Shown piece after piece: positions 49,713 through 61,112 of a stretch of 64,000 bases of DNA. How positions within the stretch are numbered: position 1 is the stretch's first letter; the number at the start of each line of letters is the position of its first letter. The notes beneath the pieces are model-generated. The model was not told the DNA's origin and made no database searches. It saw only the letters and a list, made by a program, of their open reading frames with translations. This DNA is from Candidatus Poribacteria bacterium (GTDB lineage Bacteria > Poribacteria > WGA-4E > WGA-3G): contig CBDBFU010000014.1 in the NCBI GenBank assembly GCA_965205025.1, positions 416,147-480,146 on the forward strand, in the 5' to 3' direction. Made by a program: the position numbers and the translations under genes.

Positions 49713-50612
49713 CTATCCGGAGGGATGAAAATCAAATTTGTCAGAATAAGCTTTGACAAGATCCCCTTTCCGAAAACCGGGTACCGCTGTCCCACATTCT
49801 CTCGCCAAGAGTTCATAATCAAGATGCTGTAATCTGTCCAGAACGTCTTGATTATTTGCCTTAAGAAGAATCCACTGCTTGTTTCGTTCACACTGTTTTT
49901 CATCGGTCACTCTACGTGAATAATCCTGCCATCCTTGACAAGGTACAGCGAAATCAAAGGTATTTTCAAACACCTTTAGTGCACCTTTTGTATTATTATA
50001 CTGCCAGAGTTGAAAATCTTGATGTCGAATAGGAAGGGATTTATGTTCTCGCATGTCATCCATGCTACTGGGTAATCTCGTCCAAATCTGGAATTCGGTA
50101 TTTACTGAGTAGCTTTTGCCAGACTTAAGATGAAAGGAATTTCTTGGTAGGGGCAACCTTCTAATCAACTGCATACTTCCTTCAAGTTGTTTATGAACAA
50201 TATACTTACGGAAATTCACTGGAAGGATGAATGCAATTATATCTGCTAACTTAGCTGCGTGATTAAAAAATGCGATTGCCATTTTACCACGTTTGCCAAA
50301 TGGCGGATTTCCAATAATGATTGTGTTATTTGGTGGTTGTGGGAGGTGTGTTAACTGAAAAAAATCCTGTGTTAAGACTTGATCACACCTTGGGGCAACA
50401 TCAATACCTAATCTACGCTGGATTGGCAGATTTTTGAAAAAAGCACCCGTCCCTGCAGATGGCTCTACAAAGAACATTTGGTGTTCAGTACGATTGACTG
50501 AAGTCAATGTCTCTTTCAGGTAGTTCCAGCAGATGTCCGCCACGATTTGTTTAGTGTAAAACGGATTGAGAGATTTATCAACAATATATTTGTCCATATC
50601 AGATTGAATCAT
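49713..50612 (-). CDS. Orphan SAM-dependent (N6-adenine type) DNA methyltransferase
   Basis: FYTK, VEPSAGTGAF, IIGNPPFG, IAFILP. Confidence 0.8.
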   Translation of the reverse strand: MIQSDMDKYIVDKSLNPFYTKQIVADICWNYLKETLTSVNRTEHQMFFVEPSAGTGAFFKNLPIQRRLGIDVAPRCDQVLTQDFFQLTHLPQPPNNTIIIGNPPFGKRGKMAIAFFNHAAKLADIIAFILPVNFRKYIVHKQLEGSMQLIRRLPLPRNSFHLKSGKSYSVNTEFQIWTRLPSSMDDMREHKSLPIRHQDFQLWQYNNTKGALKVFENTFDFAVPCQGWQDYSRRVTDEKQCERNKQWILLKANNQDVLDRLQHLDYELLARECGTAVPGFRKGDLVKAYSDKFDFHPSG

Positions 50613-50680
50613 AATATCTGATCAGACAGAAAATGTCAATCTTTAGCTTATGAATAACTGGGACCAACAATCAAATACAA

Positions 50681-50709
50681 TTGACAGAATATAGGAATTA
50701 TGGTAATAT
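50681..50709 (+). promoter_or_regulatory. Sigma70-type promoter
   Basis: TTGACA-17 nt-TAATAT with extended -10 TG. Confidence 0.55.
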
Positions 50710-50770
50710 TTTTTGATATTACTAACTTCTACAGAAGAGATAGCATATATGTAGATTCCGTTACCAGTTC

Positions 50771-51934
50771 GTGACTACATTTTCAAGAATAACTGGCAAA
50801 AGTATGGAACAGTTCCAATTCAACTTTACGGATATCCTACGGTATAGTCGAAAGGCATTTAGTGTCAGACGGATAGGAATACACCTTATAGGAATCGTCT
50901 TCGCGTACCTGGTGTATGAACTTCTATTCTATTTTACCCTCTATATTGCAGAAGGTGAAAAAATACAAGAGTATTGGAAATCCTTCGGTTTGTTACCTGT
51001 CCCACCCTTTGGTATTGGCGAATTCACCCCCTTAATCTCGACAACACTGTGGATAGGTCTAAGCCTTTTTGCCTTCATATTCTATCTTTCGAGTGCAATG
51101 GCATCAAAGATTACCATTGAACAATTGCGTGGAGATGAATACTTTTCTGTCGGTGATTCCTTCAAATTCCTACAGCAACACTGGAAGACGGTTTTCGGAT
51201 CATTTTTAGGCTTGCTCTTTATTCTTACTTTTGTCTTAATGATTCCACTCAGTGTAGGGTTGTTAGGTAAAATACCAATTATTGGTAAGACATTATTGGT
51301 AGCGTCATCTTTTTTTCTACCTTTAGCCTTTATATTTGGATTACTGATTGTCTATATTATCGCAGTAATAATTTCAGGTCTTTTCTTAGTTCCTGCTGTT
51401 ATTTCGACGACAAATGCTGATTCATTTGAAACCATATACCAACTTTTTGCTGTATTATGGAATCAACCTTGGCGATTCATAGGGTATGGTTTACTCTTAT
51501 TTATCTTAAAACTGGTGCTTGTTCCTATATGGGGGATTTTTTGTCTGACAGGATTTATAGTGTTACTCTTACCTATACATTATCTACATCCAACGTTTAT
51601 CGAACAATCTTTAGGAAATGCTAATCTTTGGTTAGGTGGATCTCTACAAAAATTATCTTCGTTTTTTTATTCAGATTTAAATACAATCATAGGTATAAAC
51701 GTATCTCAAGTTCCAATTTTGACAACTTCTGCGACCATATCTGGAATATTAATCACATTTACAGTAATTGGCATAGCTGGGGTTATCATTGCATATCTAT
51801 TTTCGATTGCATCCGTTGGAACAACAGTAATATATACAATCATTCGAAAGAGAATAGACGGATTAAACCTTATAGAAACAATAGGAAAAGTGGCACCAGT
51901 GGAACCGCCACCACTACTTATAGGAGATGAATAA
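50771..51934 (+). CDS. Hypothetical polytopic membrane protein
   Basis: About 6-7 hydrophobic helices; start may be the later MEQF. Confidence 0.7.
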   Translation: MTTFSRITGKSMEQFQFNFTDILRYSRKAFSVRRIGIHLIGIVFAYLVYELLFYFTLYIAEGEKIQEYWKSFGLLPVPPFGIGEFTPLISTTLWIGLSLFAFIFYLSSAMASKITIEQLRGDEYFSVGDSFKFLQQHWKTVFGSFLGLLFILTFVLMIPLSVGLLGKIPIIGKTLLVASSFFLPLAFIFGLLIVYIIAVIISGLFLVPAVISTTNADSFETIYQLFAVLWNQPWRFIGYGLLLFILKLVLVPIWGIFCLTGFIVLLLPIHYLHPTFIEQSLGNANLWLGGSLQKLSSFFYSDLNTIIGINVSQVPILTTSATISGILITFTVIGIAGVIIAYLFSIASVGTTVIYTIIRKRIDGLNLIETIGKVAPVEPPPLLIGDE

Positions 51935-52022
51935 TATTAAACTGCCATCTATTACAATAGTCATTATCTATGGTCTGATAATCTATTGTAATGTCTGTAT
52001 AGATGATTATTCATAGGAAAAC

Positions 52023-54713
52023 ATGTTTGAAAAAGTAATGACTAAGGTTTTTGGGAGTAAGGAGGATCGTGATGTTAAACGATTCCGAGATATAGTTAAT
52101 GCTGTCAATCAAAGAGAAACTGAAATAAAGGAATTATCTGATGCACAACTTCAAGCCAAAACACCTTACTTTCGTCAACAATTAGATTCGGGTGCTTCTC
52201 TTGATGAAATCCTACCAGATGTATTTGCAGTCGTTCGTGAAACAGCAGTACGGACATTGAAACAACGTCATTATGATGTGCAAATAATCGGTGGAGCCTC
52301 ACTACACGCAGGGTCAATTGCTGAGATGAGAACGGGTGAAGGGAAGACCCTAACCTCGACACTTGCAGTCTATCTCAACGCACTTACTGGGAATGGCGTA
52401 CATGTTGCTACTGTCAACGACTATCTAGCACGACGCGATGCCGAATGGATGGGGAAAATATATAATTTCCTCGGAATGTCCGTAGGATTAACTCTGAGTT
52501 TAATGCCACATGAACAGAAAAGACTTGCCTACAAAGCAGATATTACCTACGGTGTTCATAGTGAGTTCGGTTTTGATTATTTAAATGATAATAGAGCGCA
52601 TACGACTGATATGAAAGTGCAAAGAGGTCATAAGTATGCCATTCTTGATGAGGTGGATAGCATACTCATTGATGAAGCACGAACACCTCTGATTATCTCT
52701 GATCCATCGGATAAACCCGCGGAACTTTATCGAAGAATTAATAGTGTTGTCACACAATTGAAGGATGAAGAACACTATGAAATTGACCAAAAAGGAAAAT
52801 CCAGAGGAGATATAACCCTAACAGATGATGGGATAGAGCAGGTACAACGGCTTATCGGTATTGAAAATCTTTATGAACCGGAAAACATCATGCTGGTACA
52901 TCATGTCAATCAATCTTTGAAGGCACATCATCTATTCATTAGAGATATTGATTACCTTGTTGAAAACGGTGAGGTTATCCTAATTGATGAATTCACGGGA
53001 AGAAAACAGATTGGACGCCGTCTGAGTGAAGGATTGCATCAAGCAATCGAAGCAAAAGAACGCGTGAAAGTTGCTCAAGAAAATGAGACCTTTGCAACAA
53101 TTACATATCAGAATTATTTCCGAATGTATGATAAACTTGCTGGAATGACAGGAACTGCTGCTACAGAAGCAAACGAATTTGCACATATCTATAGGTTAGA
53201 TGTCGCTGTTATCCCAACAAATGAACCTATGATTCGGATTGACAATCCTGACCAAATATATAAAACAGAAGAAGCAAAATATAATGCTGTTTTAGCAGAT
53301 ATTGTTGAACAACATGAAATAGGACGTCCAGTATTGGTCGGGACAGCATCTATTGAAAAATCAGAGAAACTCAGTAAACTTCTAAGAGCAAGACACCGAA
53401 ATATAAAACATCAAGTGTTGAATGCTAAAGAACATACTCGCGAAGCAGACATCATCGCACAAGCTGGGATACCGGGTGCTGTTACGATTGCTACCAACAT
53501 GGCTGGTCGGGGTGTAGATATCCTATTAGGTGGAAATCCAGAAGGTTTAGCAAAAGAAACCTTACGGAAGAAAAAAATAGATCTTAATTCAAACTATGAA
53601 GATACAGATGAATGGAAAACCGCCTTTGCTGAAGCTGAAGAGTTATGCAATCAGAATCGTGAAAACATACTGAATGCTGGTGGTCTACACATTGTTGGCA
53701 CTGAAAGACATGATTCACGGAGAATTGATAACCAATTGAGAGGACGCGCTGGTAGACAAGGTGATCCTGGTTCATCAAGATTTTACCTGTCTCTTGAAGA
53801 TGAACTTATGAAGAAGTTTGGATCGGAGAGATTACAGGGGTTTATGACTCGAGTTGGCATGGATGAGGGCACCCCGTTGGAACACCCTTGGGTTACAAAG
53901 TCCATTGAAAAAGCACAGACACGAGTTGAACAAATGAACTTTGAAATTCGTAAGAATATTCTCAAATTTGATGATGTCATGGAAGCTCAACGTAATACTA
54001 TATATTCCCTACGAGATACAATTCTATCCAATGAAAATCCAAAGGATACAGTTTGGGAGATGATTGAGCATGTTATTGAGGATCAGATTTATGAGGTTAT
54101 ACCTGAAAAAGGGCAGCGAGATACTGAAGAATTAGAACAATTTTCTAAGTGGTTAACCACTACTTTCCCTATTCCAGCAGATTTTAAAACACCTTTAAAA
54201 GACATTTCAGTTGAAGATCTCAATGATCAAATTCTTTCTAAAATTAAAACCGCCTATGAACAGAGAGAATCTGAGATGGGGTCGGAGGATATGCGATTAC
54301 TTGAAAGGCTTCTTGTTTTAGATAGAATTGATAGTCATTGGAAAGAGCATTTGTATAATATTGATTATATTCAATATGGCATTCGGTTTGAGGGGTATGG
54401 TGGAAAAGATCCGATTGTCGTATTTAAGAATGAAGCACTTGGTGTTTTTGAATCCATGTATCAGAGTATTGAAAGACAAGTCAGTGAATTCATCTTTAAA
54501 ATGCAGGTGAGTGCTGCACCTACTCGCCGTGTCCCACCAAGACGTTCAAGTGCTCAACGTAGAAGACAACCACGTAGACCTGCAGAAGGCAGTTCAAGCA
54601 CTTCAGCAGAATTTGCTTCACAACAGGCAATGGGGAACATTCCAAAAGTAGGTAGAAATGAACGATGTCCATGTGGTAGTGGTAAGAAATACAAGAAGTG
54701 TCATGGACAATAA
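52023..54713 (+). CDS. secA: Protein translocase subunit SecA
   Basis: [64 protein letters not shown]. Confidence 0.98.
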   Translation: MFEKVMTKVFGSKEDRDVKRFRDIVNAVNQRETEIKELSDAQLQAKTPYFRQQLDSGASLDEILPDVFAVVRETAVRTLKQRHYDVQIIGGASLHAGSIAEMRTGEGKTLTSTLAVYLNALTGNGVHVATVNDYLARRDAEWMGKIYNFLGMSVGLTLSLMPHEQKRLAYKADITYGVHSEFGFDYLNDNRAHTTDMKVQRGHKYAILDEVDSILIDEARTPLIISDPSDKPAELYRRINSVVTQLKDEEHYEIDQKGKSRGDITLTDDGIEQVQRLIGIENLYEPENIMLVHHVNQSLKAHHLFIRDIDYLVENGEVILIDEFTGRKQIGRRLSEGLHQAIEAKERVKVAQENETFATITYQNYFRMYDKLAGMTGTAATEANEFAHIYRLDVAVIPTNEPMIRIDNPDQIYKTEEAKYNAVLADIVEQHEIGRPVLVGTASIEKSEKLSKLLRARHRNIKHQVLNAKEHTREADIIAQAGIPGAVTIATNMAGRGVDILLGGNPEGLAKETLRKKKIDLNSNYEDTDEWKTAFAEAEELCNQNRENILNAGGLHIVGTERHDSRRIDNQLRGRAGRQGDPGSSRFYLSLEDELMKKFGSERLQGFMTRVGMDEGTPLEHPWVTKSIEKAQTRVEQMNFEIRKNILKFDDVMEAQRNTIYSLRDTILSNENPKDTVWEMIEHVIEDQIYEVIPEKGQRDTEELEQFSKWLTTTFPIPADFKTPLKDISVEDLNDQILSKIKTAYEQRESEMGSEDMRLLERLLVLDRIDSHWKEHLYNIDYIQYGIRFEGYGGKDPIVVFKNEALGVFESMYQSIERQVSEFIFKMQVSAAPTRRVPPRRSSAQRRRQPRRPAEGSSSTSAEFASQQAMGNIPKVGRNERCPCGSGKKYKKCHGQ

Positions 54714-54789
54714 TATTTGTTAGACTTATGCACATCCCGTAATCTAATTTCGATGATCTATTCAACTTAATACAACTTGGAGAACTAAA

Positions 54790-55005
54790 TTGAATACCGA
54801 GAAACCAAATACCATTTCACAAACTTTACTTGAGATACTTGCCTGTCCAGCTTGTAAAGGGAAAATAGAGCATATTGAGAAGGATGAAAAACTGGTATGT
54901 CTGGGAGAGTGTAAGAGACGCTACCCAATTCGAGATGGTATTCCTGTGATGCTAATTGATGAAGCTGAATTGCCGAAACCTGATAATTCTGATAATACTA
55001 ATTGA
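54790..55005 (+). CDS. Trm112-like (YcaR/UPF0434) protein
   Basis: LLEILACPACKG, YPIRDGIPVMLIDEA. Confidence 0.85.
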   Translation: MNTEKPNTISQTLLEILACPACKGKIEHIEKDEKLVCLGECKRRYPIRDGIPVMLIDEAELPKPDNSDNTN

Positions 55006-55020
55006 AGTTAACACCATTCA

Positions 55021-56256
55021 ATGCGAATTCTTTTTTTATGCTTACGATGTCCGTATCCTCCGCAACGAGGAGACCGAATTAGATCCTATAATATCATCAA
55101 ACAACTTTCTAAACGCCATAAGATTACCCTTGTATTCTTTAGTGAATCAGATGTTGATATTGATGCAGTTAAAGAATTAGAGACATTCTGTGAACACATT
55201 GAATGGGTACGGTTTAACAAGATGTTTGCCCTATTAAATACTGCAATTCACTGTTTCTCTCGACTACCGCTTCAATTGCATTATTGGTACAATCCAAAGA
55301 TGCAAAGGGTCATAAATGACTTACTTTCAACAGAGAAATTCGAACTGATTCATGCTCAACTTTTCCGTATGGGACAATATGTGTCAAAAGTAGATGGAAT
55401 GGCAAAAGTATTAGATTTAACTGACTCCTTAGCACTCAATTTAAGTCGAAGAGCAGAATTAGATTGCACACCAAAACGATTTTTAGTAAAATTGGAAGAA
55501 AAACGGGTACGTCGGTATGAAGTTGAGATAATGAAGTCATTTGACTCTGGGACAGTTGTTGCAGAGTTTGACAGGGATTATCTACTCAAGCAAGATATGA
55601 ATCTCAACCTTTCTGTTGTTCCTATGGGTGTTGATCTTGAATACTATAAACCTATTCCAGAACAAGATGAATCGACAAAGCCGGAATCTGAATCTATAGA
55701 ATCTACTGAAGAGGATATTCCAAAAACAAACGGGAAAAACTTGCTATTCACTGGGACAATGAACTATTTTCCCAATTCTGATGCTGTAATCTATTTCTGT
55801 AATGATATATTTCCATTAATAAAAGAACGGCATAGTGATGTAAACTTCTATATTGTCGGAAATCACCCTACAGAACAAGTACGGCGACTCGCTGAACAGA
55901 AAGGTGTCATTGTTACGGGATATGTAGAAGATATTCGTCCATATTTTAAAAAGGCATCAGTTTTTGTAGCACCCTTACGGGCAGGTTCAGGGATACAAAC
56001 TAAGAATTTAGAAGCAATGGCAATGGGAACACCTGTTGTTACGACTTCTATCGGTGCGATGGGATTAGAAGCAGATCTTGATTCTGATCTTCTTATTGCA
56101 GATACACCAGAGATTTTTGCTGACAAGGTTATAGACCTATTAGAGAATCCTACGCATAGACGAGACCTCGCAAATGCGGGTAGAAAACGAGTTGAACAGA
56201 GTTATGATTGGAACGTACTCGTTAACCGTTTAGAACAAGTATACGCTAAAATATAA
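55021..56256 (+). CDS. Glycosyltransferase family 4
   Basis: PYPPQRGD.IR, FTGTMNY.PN, K.LEAMAMGTPVV. Confidence 0.88.
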   Translation: MRILFLCLRCPYPPQRGDRIRSYNIIKQLSKRHKITLVFFSESDVDIDAVKELETFCEHIEWVRFNKMFALLNTAIHCFSRLPLQLHYWYNPKMQRVINDLLSTEKFELIHAQLFRMGQYVSKVDGMAKVLDLTDSLALNLSRRAELDCTPKRFLVKLEEKRVRRYEVEIMKSFDSGTVVAEFDRDYLLKQDMNLNLSVVPMGVDLEYYKPIPEQDESTKPESESIESTEEDIPKTNGKNLLFTGTMNYFPNSDAVIYFCNDIFPLIKERHSDVNFYIVGNHPTEQVRRLAEQKGVIVTGYVEDIRPYFKKASVFVAPLRAGSGIQTKNLEAMAMGTPVVTTSIGAMGLEADLDSDLLIADTPEIFADKVIDLLENPTHRRDLANAGRKRVEQSYDWNVLVNRLEQVYAKI

Positions 56257-56320
56257 ATATCATAATCGCGGTTGACTTATAGCAATTATATTTATAGAAA
56301 TTCATTAAATAGGAGGTAAT

Positions 56321-58297
56321 ATGGAGAAATCGAAAATAAAGTGGAGTTCTTCTGTTGTAATTGATTTATTACTTATTAATCTTGCATTTCTATTTACCTA
56401 TTTTACCTGTAGACAGCTTAACTTTGATGTCCTGGAAGAGTTTGGAAAGATTTCTATCCTATCCAGTATTCCCCGTCTACAACTTATAATTTTCCTTGCT
56501 GGTTTAATAACATTAGTACGTATTGCAACCTATTTATGTTTTCGAATCTATAAACCTATATGGGAATATGCTGGTGTAAAAGAATTTCGAACCTTAATTT
56601 GTGCAATTGGTGTGTCTACCTCAGTTCTAATCATATTATCATTCTTATTAAAAGGATTCGATACTTGGAGTTTCTTCCTAATAGATGGCTTTTATAATGT
56701 TGCGTTCATCGGTGGAATTAAATTCTCCTATAATATCTTTAATGATGGAAGAACTAAGGAAGGTTTATTACCACAAACCAAAGTCCTAATCGTTGGCGCA
56801 GGTGTTGCCGGTGTAGGTGTATTACGGGAATTACGGAGTCATCCAAAACGTGGTTATCTACCTATAGGATTCATAGATGATAATTTAAAGAAAGTCGGTA
56901 AGAGTATTGCTGGACTTGAAGTGCTTGGAACAACAAGAGATCTTACTTACATCGCAAGAAAACGTGAGATTGAAGAAGTGATTATAGCAATGCCTTCTGC
57001 GACTGGAAGTAAAATACAGGATATAATGCGACAGTGTGAATATCGAGGCTGTCAATTTAAAATTGTTCCCAGTATCCATGCTATTCTTGAAGAACGGGTG
57101 AGTATCAATCATATTCGAAATGTAGAATTAGAAGACCTACTTAACAGGTCTACGGCACCAATTGATTTGGCAGAGATTTCAAAATACCTTTCTGGTAAAC
57201 GGGTGATGGTAACTGGTGCAGGGGGATCTATAGGTTCTGAACTCTGTCGGCAAGTCGCAAAACTTGATCCTGAACTTCTTATTCTGTTTGGGAGAGGCGA
57301 AAACAGTTTATATCATATTGATATGGAGCTACGGGAATCGGACCCAACATTAAACCGAGAACTGATAATTGGTGACATCAGAGATAATGCTAAAGTATTT
57401 CAGATTACAAAACGGTATCGACCCCATATTATTTTTCACGCAGCTGCACATAAACATGTAAAATTCATGGAGAATCATCCTGATGAGGCTGTCAAGAATA
57501 ACATTTTAGGTACACAGAATCTTATTGATGCAGCAATTAAACAACACGTTGAGGCTTTCATTCTTGTTTCCTCTGATAAATCTGTTAATCCGACGAGTGT
57601 CTATGGTGCTTCAAAACGCGTAACAGAGAAACTTATACAATGTAATGCAAATCGAAACGGAACAAAATTCATTGCGGTCAGATTCGGAAATGTAATTGGT
57701 AGTCGTGCAAGCGTATTACCTAACTTCCAGAGGCAGATCGCCAAGGGAGGTCCTGTTACTGTTACACATCGTGAGGCAACACGATACTTTATGACAATCC
57801 CAGAAGCTGTACAACTCCTGATACAAGCAGGGGCAATGGGGAATGGTGGGGAAATTCTCATGTTGGATATGGGAGAACCTATTAAGATTTTGGATCTCGC
57901 ACACGACTTGATACGACTATCAGGTTTAGAAGTGGATAAAGACATAAAAATCGCCTTTACTGGATTAGAGCCGGGTGAGAAACTCTATGAAGAACTTCTT
58001 ACACCTCAGGAAGGTGTGACCGCAACTAAGCATCAACGCATTTTTGTAGCTCAATTAGAAAAGATTGAGGAAGAAACACTATTATCACATATTACTGATC
58101 TGTCTGTATTGGCAAATGATCTTGATATTGATGGGATTATAGAAAAATTCCAAGAATTAGTGCCAACATACGAACCTAATAGAGCACATATACAGACAAC
58201 ACACCAATACGAGCAATCAGACATTACGAGACATCTTAAGAATGATACGCAAGATACCGACGATACCGAGTCTACCTCCACTGATAGAGCGGTATAA
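56321..58297 (+). CDS. Polysaccharide biosynthesis protein, CapD/PglF-like UDP-sugar 4,6-dehydratase
   Basis: TM region, VTGAGGSIGSELCRQ, HAAAHKHV, SSDKSVNP, YGASKR, VRFGNV, GEKLYEEL. Confidence 0.9.
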   Translation: MEKSKIKWSSSVVIDLLLINLAFLFTYFTCRQLNFDVLEEFGKISILSSIPRLQLIIFLAGLITLVRIATYLCFRIYKPIWEYAGVKEFRTLICAIGVSTSVLIILSFLLKGFDTWSFFLIDGFYNVAFIGGIKFSYNIFNDGRTKEGLLPQTKVLIVGAGVAGVGVLRELRSHPKRGYLPIGFIDDNLKKVGKSIAGLEVLGTTRDLTYIARKREIEEVIIAMPSATGSKIQDIMRQCEYRGCQFKIVPSIHAILEERVSINHIRNVELEDLLNRSTAPIDLAEISKYLSGKRVMVTGAGGSIGSELCRQVAKLDPELLILFGRGENSLYHIDMELRESDPTLNRELIIGDIRDNAKVFQITKRYRPHIIFHAAAHKHVKFMENHPDEAVKNNILGTQNLIDAAIKQHVEAFILVSSDKSVNPTSVYGASKRVTEKLIQCNANRNGTKFIAVRFGNVIGSRASVLPNFQRQIAKGGPVTVTHREATRYFMTIPEAVQLLIQAGAMGNGGEILMLDMGEPIKILDLAHDLIRLSGLEVDKDIKIAFTGLEPGEKLYEELLTPQEGVTATKHQRIFVAQLEKIEEETLLSHITDLSVLANDLDIDGIIEKFQELVPTYEPNRAHIQTTHQYEQSDITRHLKNDTQDTDDTESTSTDRAV

Positions 58298-58368
58298 GGT
58301 TGCATGTGTAGATAGTGGAGATTGTGATAATACCTTATTAGAAAGTTAAAAGATAGAGTATATGATCG

Positions 58369-59106
58369 ATGAATTATCAATCGACAGATAAGATTTGTCA
58401 ACACTCTGGAGAGAAAACTGTATTTGAGAATATGCGTATTACCGATAAGCAATTTATCCTCAATTCTTTGCCAAAGAGATGTTTTGATATATTCTTCTCT
58501 GGTGTTGCATTACTCTTTCTATCACCCGTTCTGTTACTTGGAACTATACTTTCAAAAGTTCAATCTACAGGACCAATATTCTACAAGGCTAAGCGAGTCG
58601 GTAGGGGTGGAATAGTTTTTCAAATGTATAAGTTTCGGACGATGGTGGAAAATGCCGACAAAATCGGGGGTGGACTCACAATTCATGGGGATTCACGAGT
58701 TACACCAATCGGTAGATTCTTACGATTCTCGAAAATTGATGAACTACCTAATCTGATAAATGTTCTGAAAGGCGAAATGAGTCTTATAGGTCCCAGACCT
58801 GAAGCACCGGACTATGTGAAATATTATACCAAAGAACAAATGAAAGTACTTATGGTGAGACCGGGTATTACAGGACCTTCTCAGGTTGCAAACAGAAATG
58901 AGGAAATGAAACTTAAGAAGCAGAATGATCCAGAATACTACTATATTCATGAATTAATGCCGCAAAAATTAGAATTGGATCTTCAGTATGTTTCAACATA
59001 CAGATTTCTCTCTGATATTCGATGGTTAATGAAGACATTTTGGATTGTGTTGTTTCCTCCTAAAGAGATGCCATATACAAAAAAAGTTGATAAACCTTCT
59101 GCATAA
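58369..59106 (+). CDS. Bacterial sugar transferase (phosphoglycosyl transferase)
   Basis: KR.FD, KFRTM, DELP.L.NVLKGEMSLIGPRPE, RPGITG. Confidence 0.9.
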   Translation: MNYQSTDKICQHSGEKTVFENMRITDKQFILNSLPKRCFDIFFSGVALLFLSPVLLLGTILSKVQSTGPIFYKAKRVGRGGIVFQMYKFRTMVENADKIGGGLTIHGDSRVTPIGRFLRFSKIDELPNLINVLKGEMSLIGPRPEAPDYVKYYTKEQMKVLMVRPGITGPSQVANRNEEMKLKKQNDPEYYYIHELMPQKLELDLQYVSTYRFLSDIRWLMKTFWIVLFPPKEMPYTKKVDKPSA

Positions 59107-59154
59107 ACACACCATATAGGACGAACTTTTTATAAAATCTAATCCACTATTCAA

Positions 59155-60021
59155 ATGAAAAGAAAACGTGTATTCATAATTCTCTCTGTAATTGTTGTTA
59201 TATTCTTGATCTCCATTATTATTCGAATTGTAATGGTAGCTGCACCAATCGGTGAAAAAGTCGCAGTCCTGGATATAAGTGGTATTATCACACAATCTGA
59301 TTCATACATTAAACTTATTCACACATATCGAGACGACCCAAGCATAAAAGCACTTGTAGTCCGTATAAATACACCAGGTGGAAGTGTTGCCCCTGTACAA
59401 GAAATATATAACGAATTGAAGAAATTGAAAAAACCTGTTGTAGCTTCAATGGGTGGATCTGCAGCATCTGGAGGTTATTATATTGCTTGTGCGGCAAAGA
59501 CTATTTTCGCTAATCCTGGTACACTTACAGGCAGTATTGGTGTAATTATGCAGTTTACAAAGATGAAAGGGTTATATGAGAAAATCGGTTTAGAGCAAAG
59601 AGTCATTAAAAGCGGAGAATTCAAGGATTCCGGATCCGCTTTCCGAGACTTGTCTGATGAAGAAATAGCTATCCTGCAAAGCACTGTTGATGATGTGTAT
59701 AACCAGTTTGTAGACACAGTTTACCAATCTCGTAAAGATAATCTCTCTAAGGAAGAAGTTGTAAAACTCGCTGATGGTCGTATCTTTTCTGGTAATCAAG
59801 CACACCAACATAAACTCATTGATCAACTCGGCAATCTTCCAGACGCAATTAAATATGCTGCAAAACTTGCGGATATTGATGGAAAACCAAGAGTCGTCAG
59901 GAAACAGAAAAAACCTTCACTCATGCAACAGCTCTTAGGGATTAACCCAAATACGCAAATAGAAGATGTCCTTAACCTACCCGGCGTTACCTTCCGATAT
60001 GAACTTAGCCTTGGAAACTAA
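59155..60021 (+). CDS. sppA: Signal peptide peptidase SppA (S49)
   Basis: RINTPGGS, ASGGYYIA, TGSIGV, KSGEFKD, ADGRIFSG. Confidence 0.9.
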   Translation: MKRKRVFIILSVIVVIFLISIIIRIVMVAAPIGEKVAVLDISGIITQSDSYIKLIHTYRDDPSIKALVVRINTPGGSVAPVQEIYNELKKLKKPVVASMGGSAASGGYYIACAAKTIFANPGTLTGSIGVIMQFTKMKGLYEKIGLEQRVIKSGEFKDSGSAFRDLSDEEIAILQSTVDDVYNQFVDTVYQSRKDNLSKEEVVKLADGRIFSGNQAHQHKLIDQLGNLPDAIKYAAKLADIDGKPRVVRKQKKPSLMQQLLGINPNTQIEDVLNLPGVTFRYELSLGN

Positions 60022-60032
60022 AGGCTTCACAC

Positions 60033-61112
60033 ATGTATCCATCCTATAAGATAAATGCTGACTGGGGTAGGCTTGCAAGACAAATTGTTAAGTCTAACCA
60101 GACTGTCATTGTCATTGGAACAACTGATTCTGGGAAATCAACATTCTGTCGATATCTAATTGATTTTGCCTGTATGGCAGGATTGAAAGTTGGTTTTGTT
60201 GATACAGATGTCGGACAATCACAGATCGGACCTCCTACCACAATCGGTATGAAGATTTATGAACCTATAGAAAATGAATCCGATAAAAAACCGATAGAAG
60301 AGAAATCCCAACATTTTATTCATGCTCCAGATTCTCTATATTTTGTAGGGGATACATCTCCACATCGAAATCTATTATATGTTCTAACCGGAACACGGTT
60401 AATGGTTGAAGATGCAAATAAACGAAATGCTGATTTTGTTGTAATTGATACATCTGGATATTTACATGTAAGTCTGGGATGGCAGTTAAAACAACAAAAG
60501 ATCGAACTTATTCAACCACAACACATTGTGTGTATCGGTAGAAAAACGGAATTCGACCAAATCGTCGGCTACAATGACAATTTTACCCATATAAATATAC
60601 ATTATTTATTACCACATAAGGAAACTAAACCAAAGAGTAGAATTGAGCGAAAAGATAATCGAAATGAAAAGTTCGCAACATATTTCAATAACACTACACT
60701 TCAACAAGTATCGTTTGAACAAATTCGAGCCATGCGAACTATATTCTTCAATGGACGGATAGCTAATGAAAAAGAAATGCAGATACTCACAGATTTAGCG
60801 AATATTGAAATTGAGTATGCTGAATGGGGAGATCGCTCCCTAAAAATCATTACGCGAACAATTCTACCTACAATTATAACTAAGAAAATAAAAGATTATT
60901 TGAGCTTATTACAACTTCATATACAAAAACCAGATTTCTTAAATAATGTCCTTGTCGGGATCCTGGATGAAGAAGGGAATACCGTTGGAATAGGTTTAAT
61001 TACATCAACGGATTTCCAGAATCATGTACTCAATATTAGGTGTGAACCGGGACTTACAGAAAAAACTAAAGTTCTTCAATTTAGTGATTATTACTATAGT
61101 GAGATTGATTGA
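60033..61112 (+). CDS. Clp1/Grc3-like polynucleotide 5'-hydroxyl kinase
   Basis: GTTDSGKST, DTDVGQSQIGPPTT, VIDTSG, R..ER. Confidence 0.75.
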   Translation: MYPSYKINADWGRLARQIVKSNQTVIVIGTTDSGKSTFCRYLIDFACMAGLKVGFVDTDVGQSQIGPPTTIGMKIYEPIENESDKKPIEEKSQHFIHAPDSLYFVGDTSPHRNLLYVLTGTRLMVEDANKRNADFVVIDTSGYLHVSLGWQLKQQKIELIQPQHIVCIGRKTEFDQIVGYNDNFTHINIHYLLPHKETKPKSRIERKDNRNEKFATYFNNTTLQQVSFEQIRAMRTIFFNGRIANEKEMQILTDLANIEIEYAEWGDRSLKIITRTILPTIITKKIKDYLSLLQLHIQKPDFLNNVLVGILDEEGNTVGIGLITSTDFQNHVLNIRCEPGLTEKTKVLQFSDYYYSEID

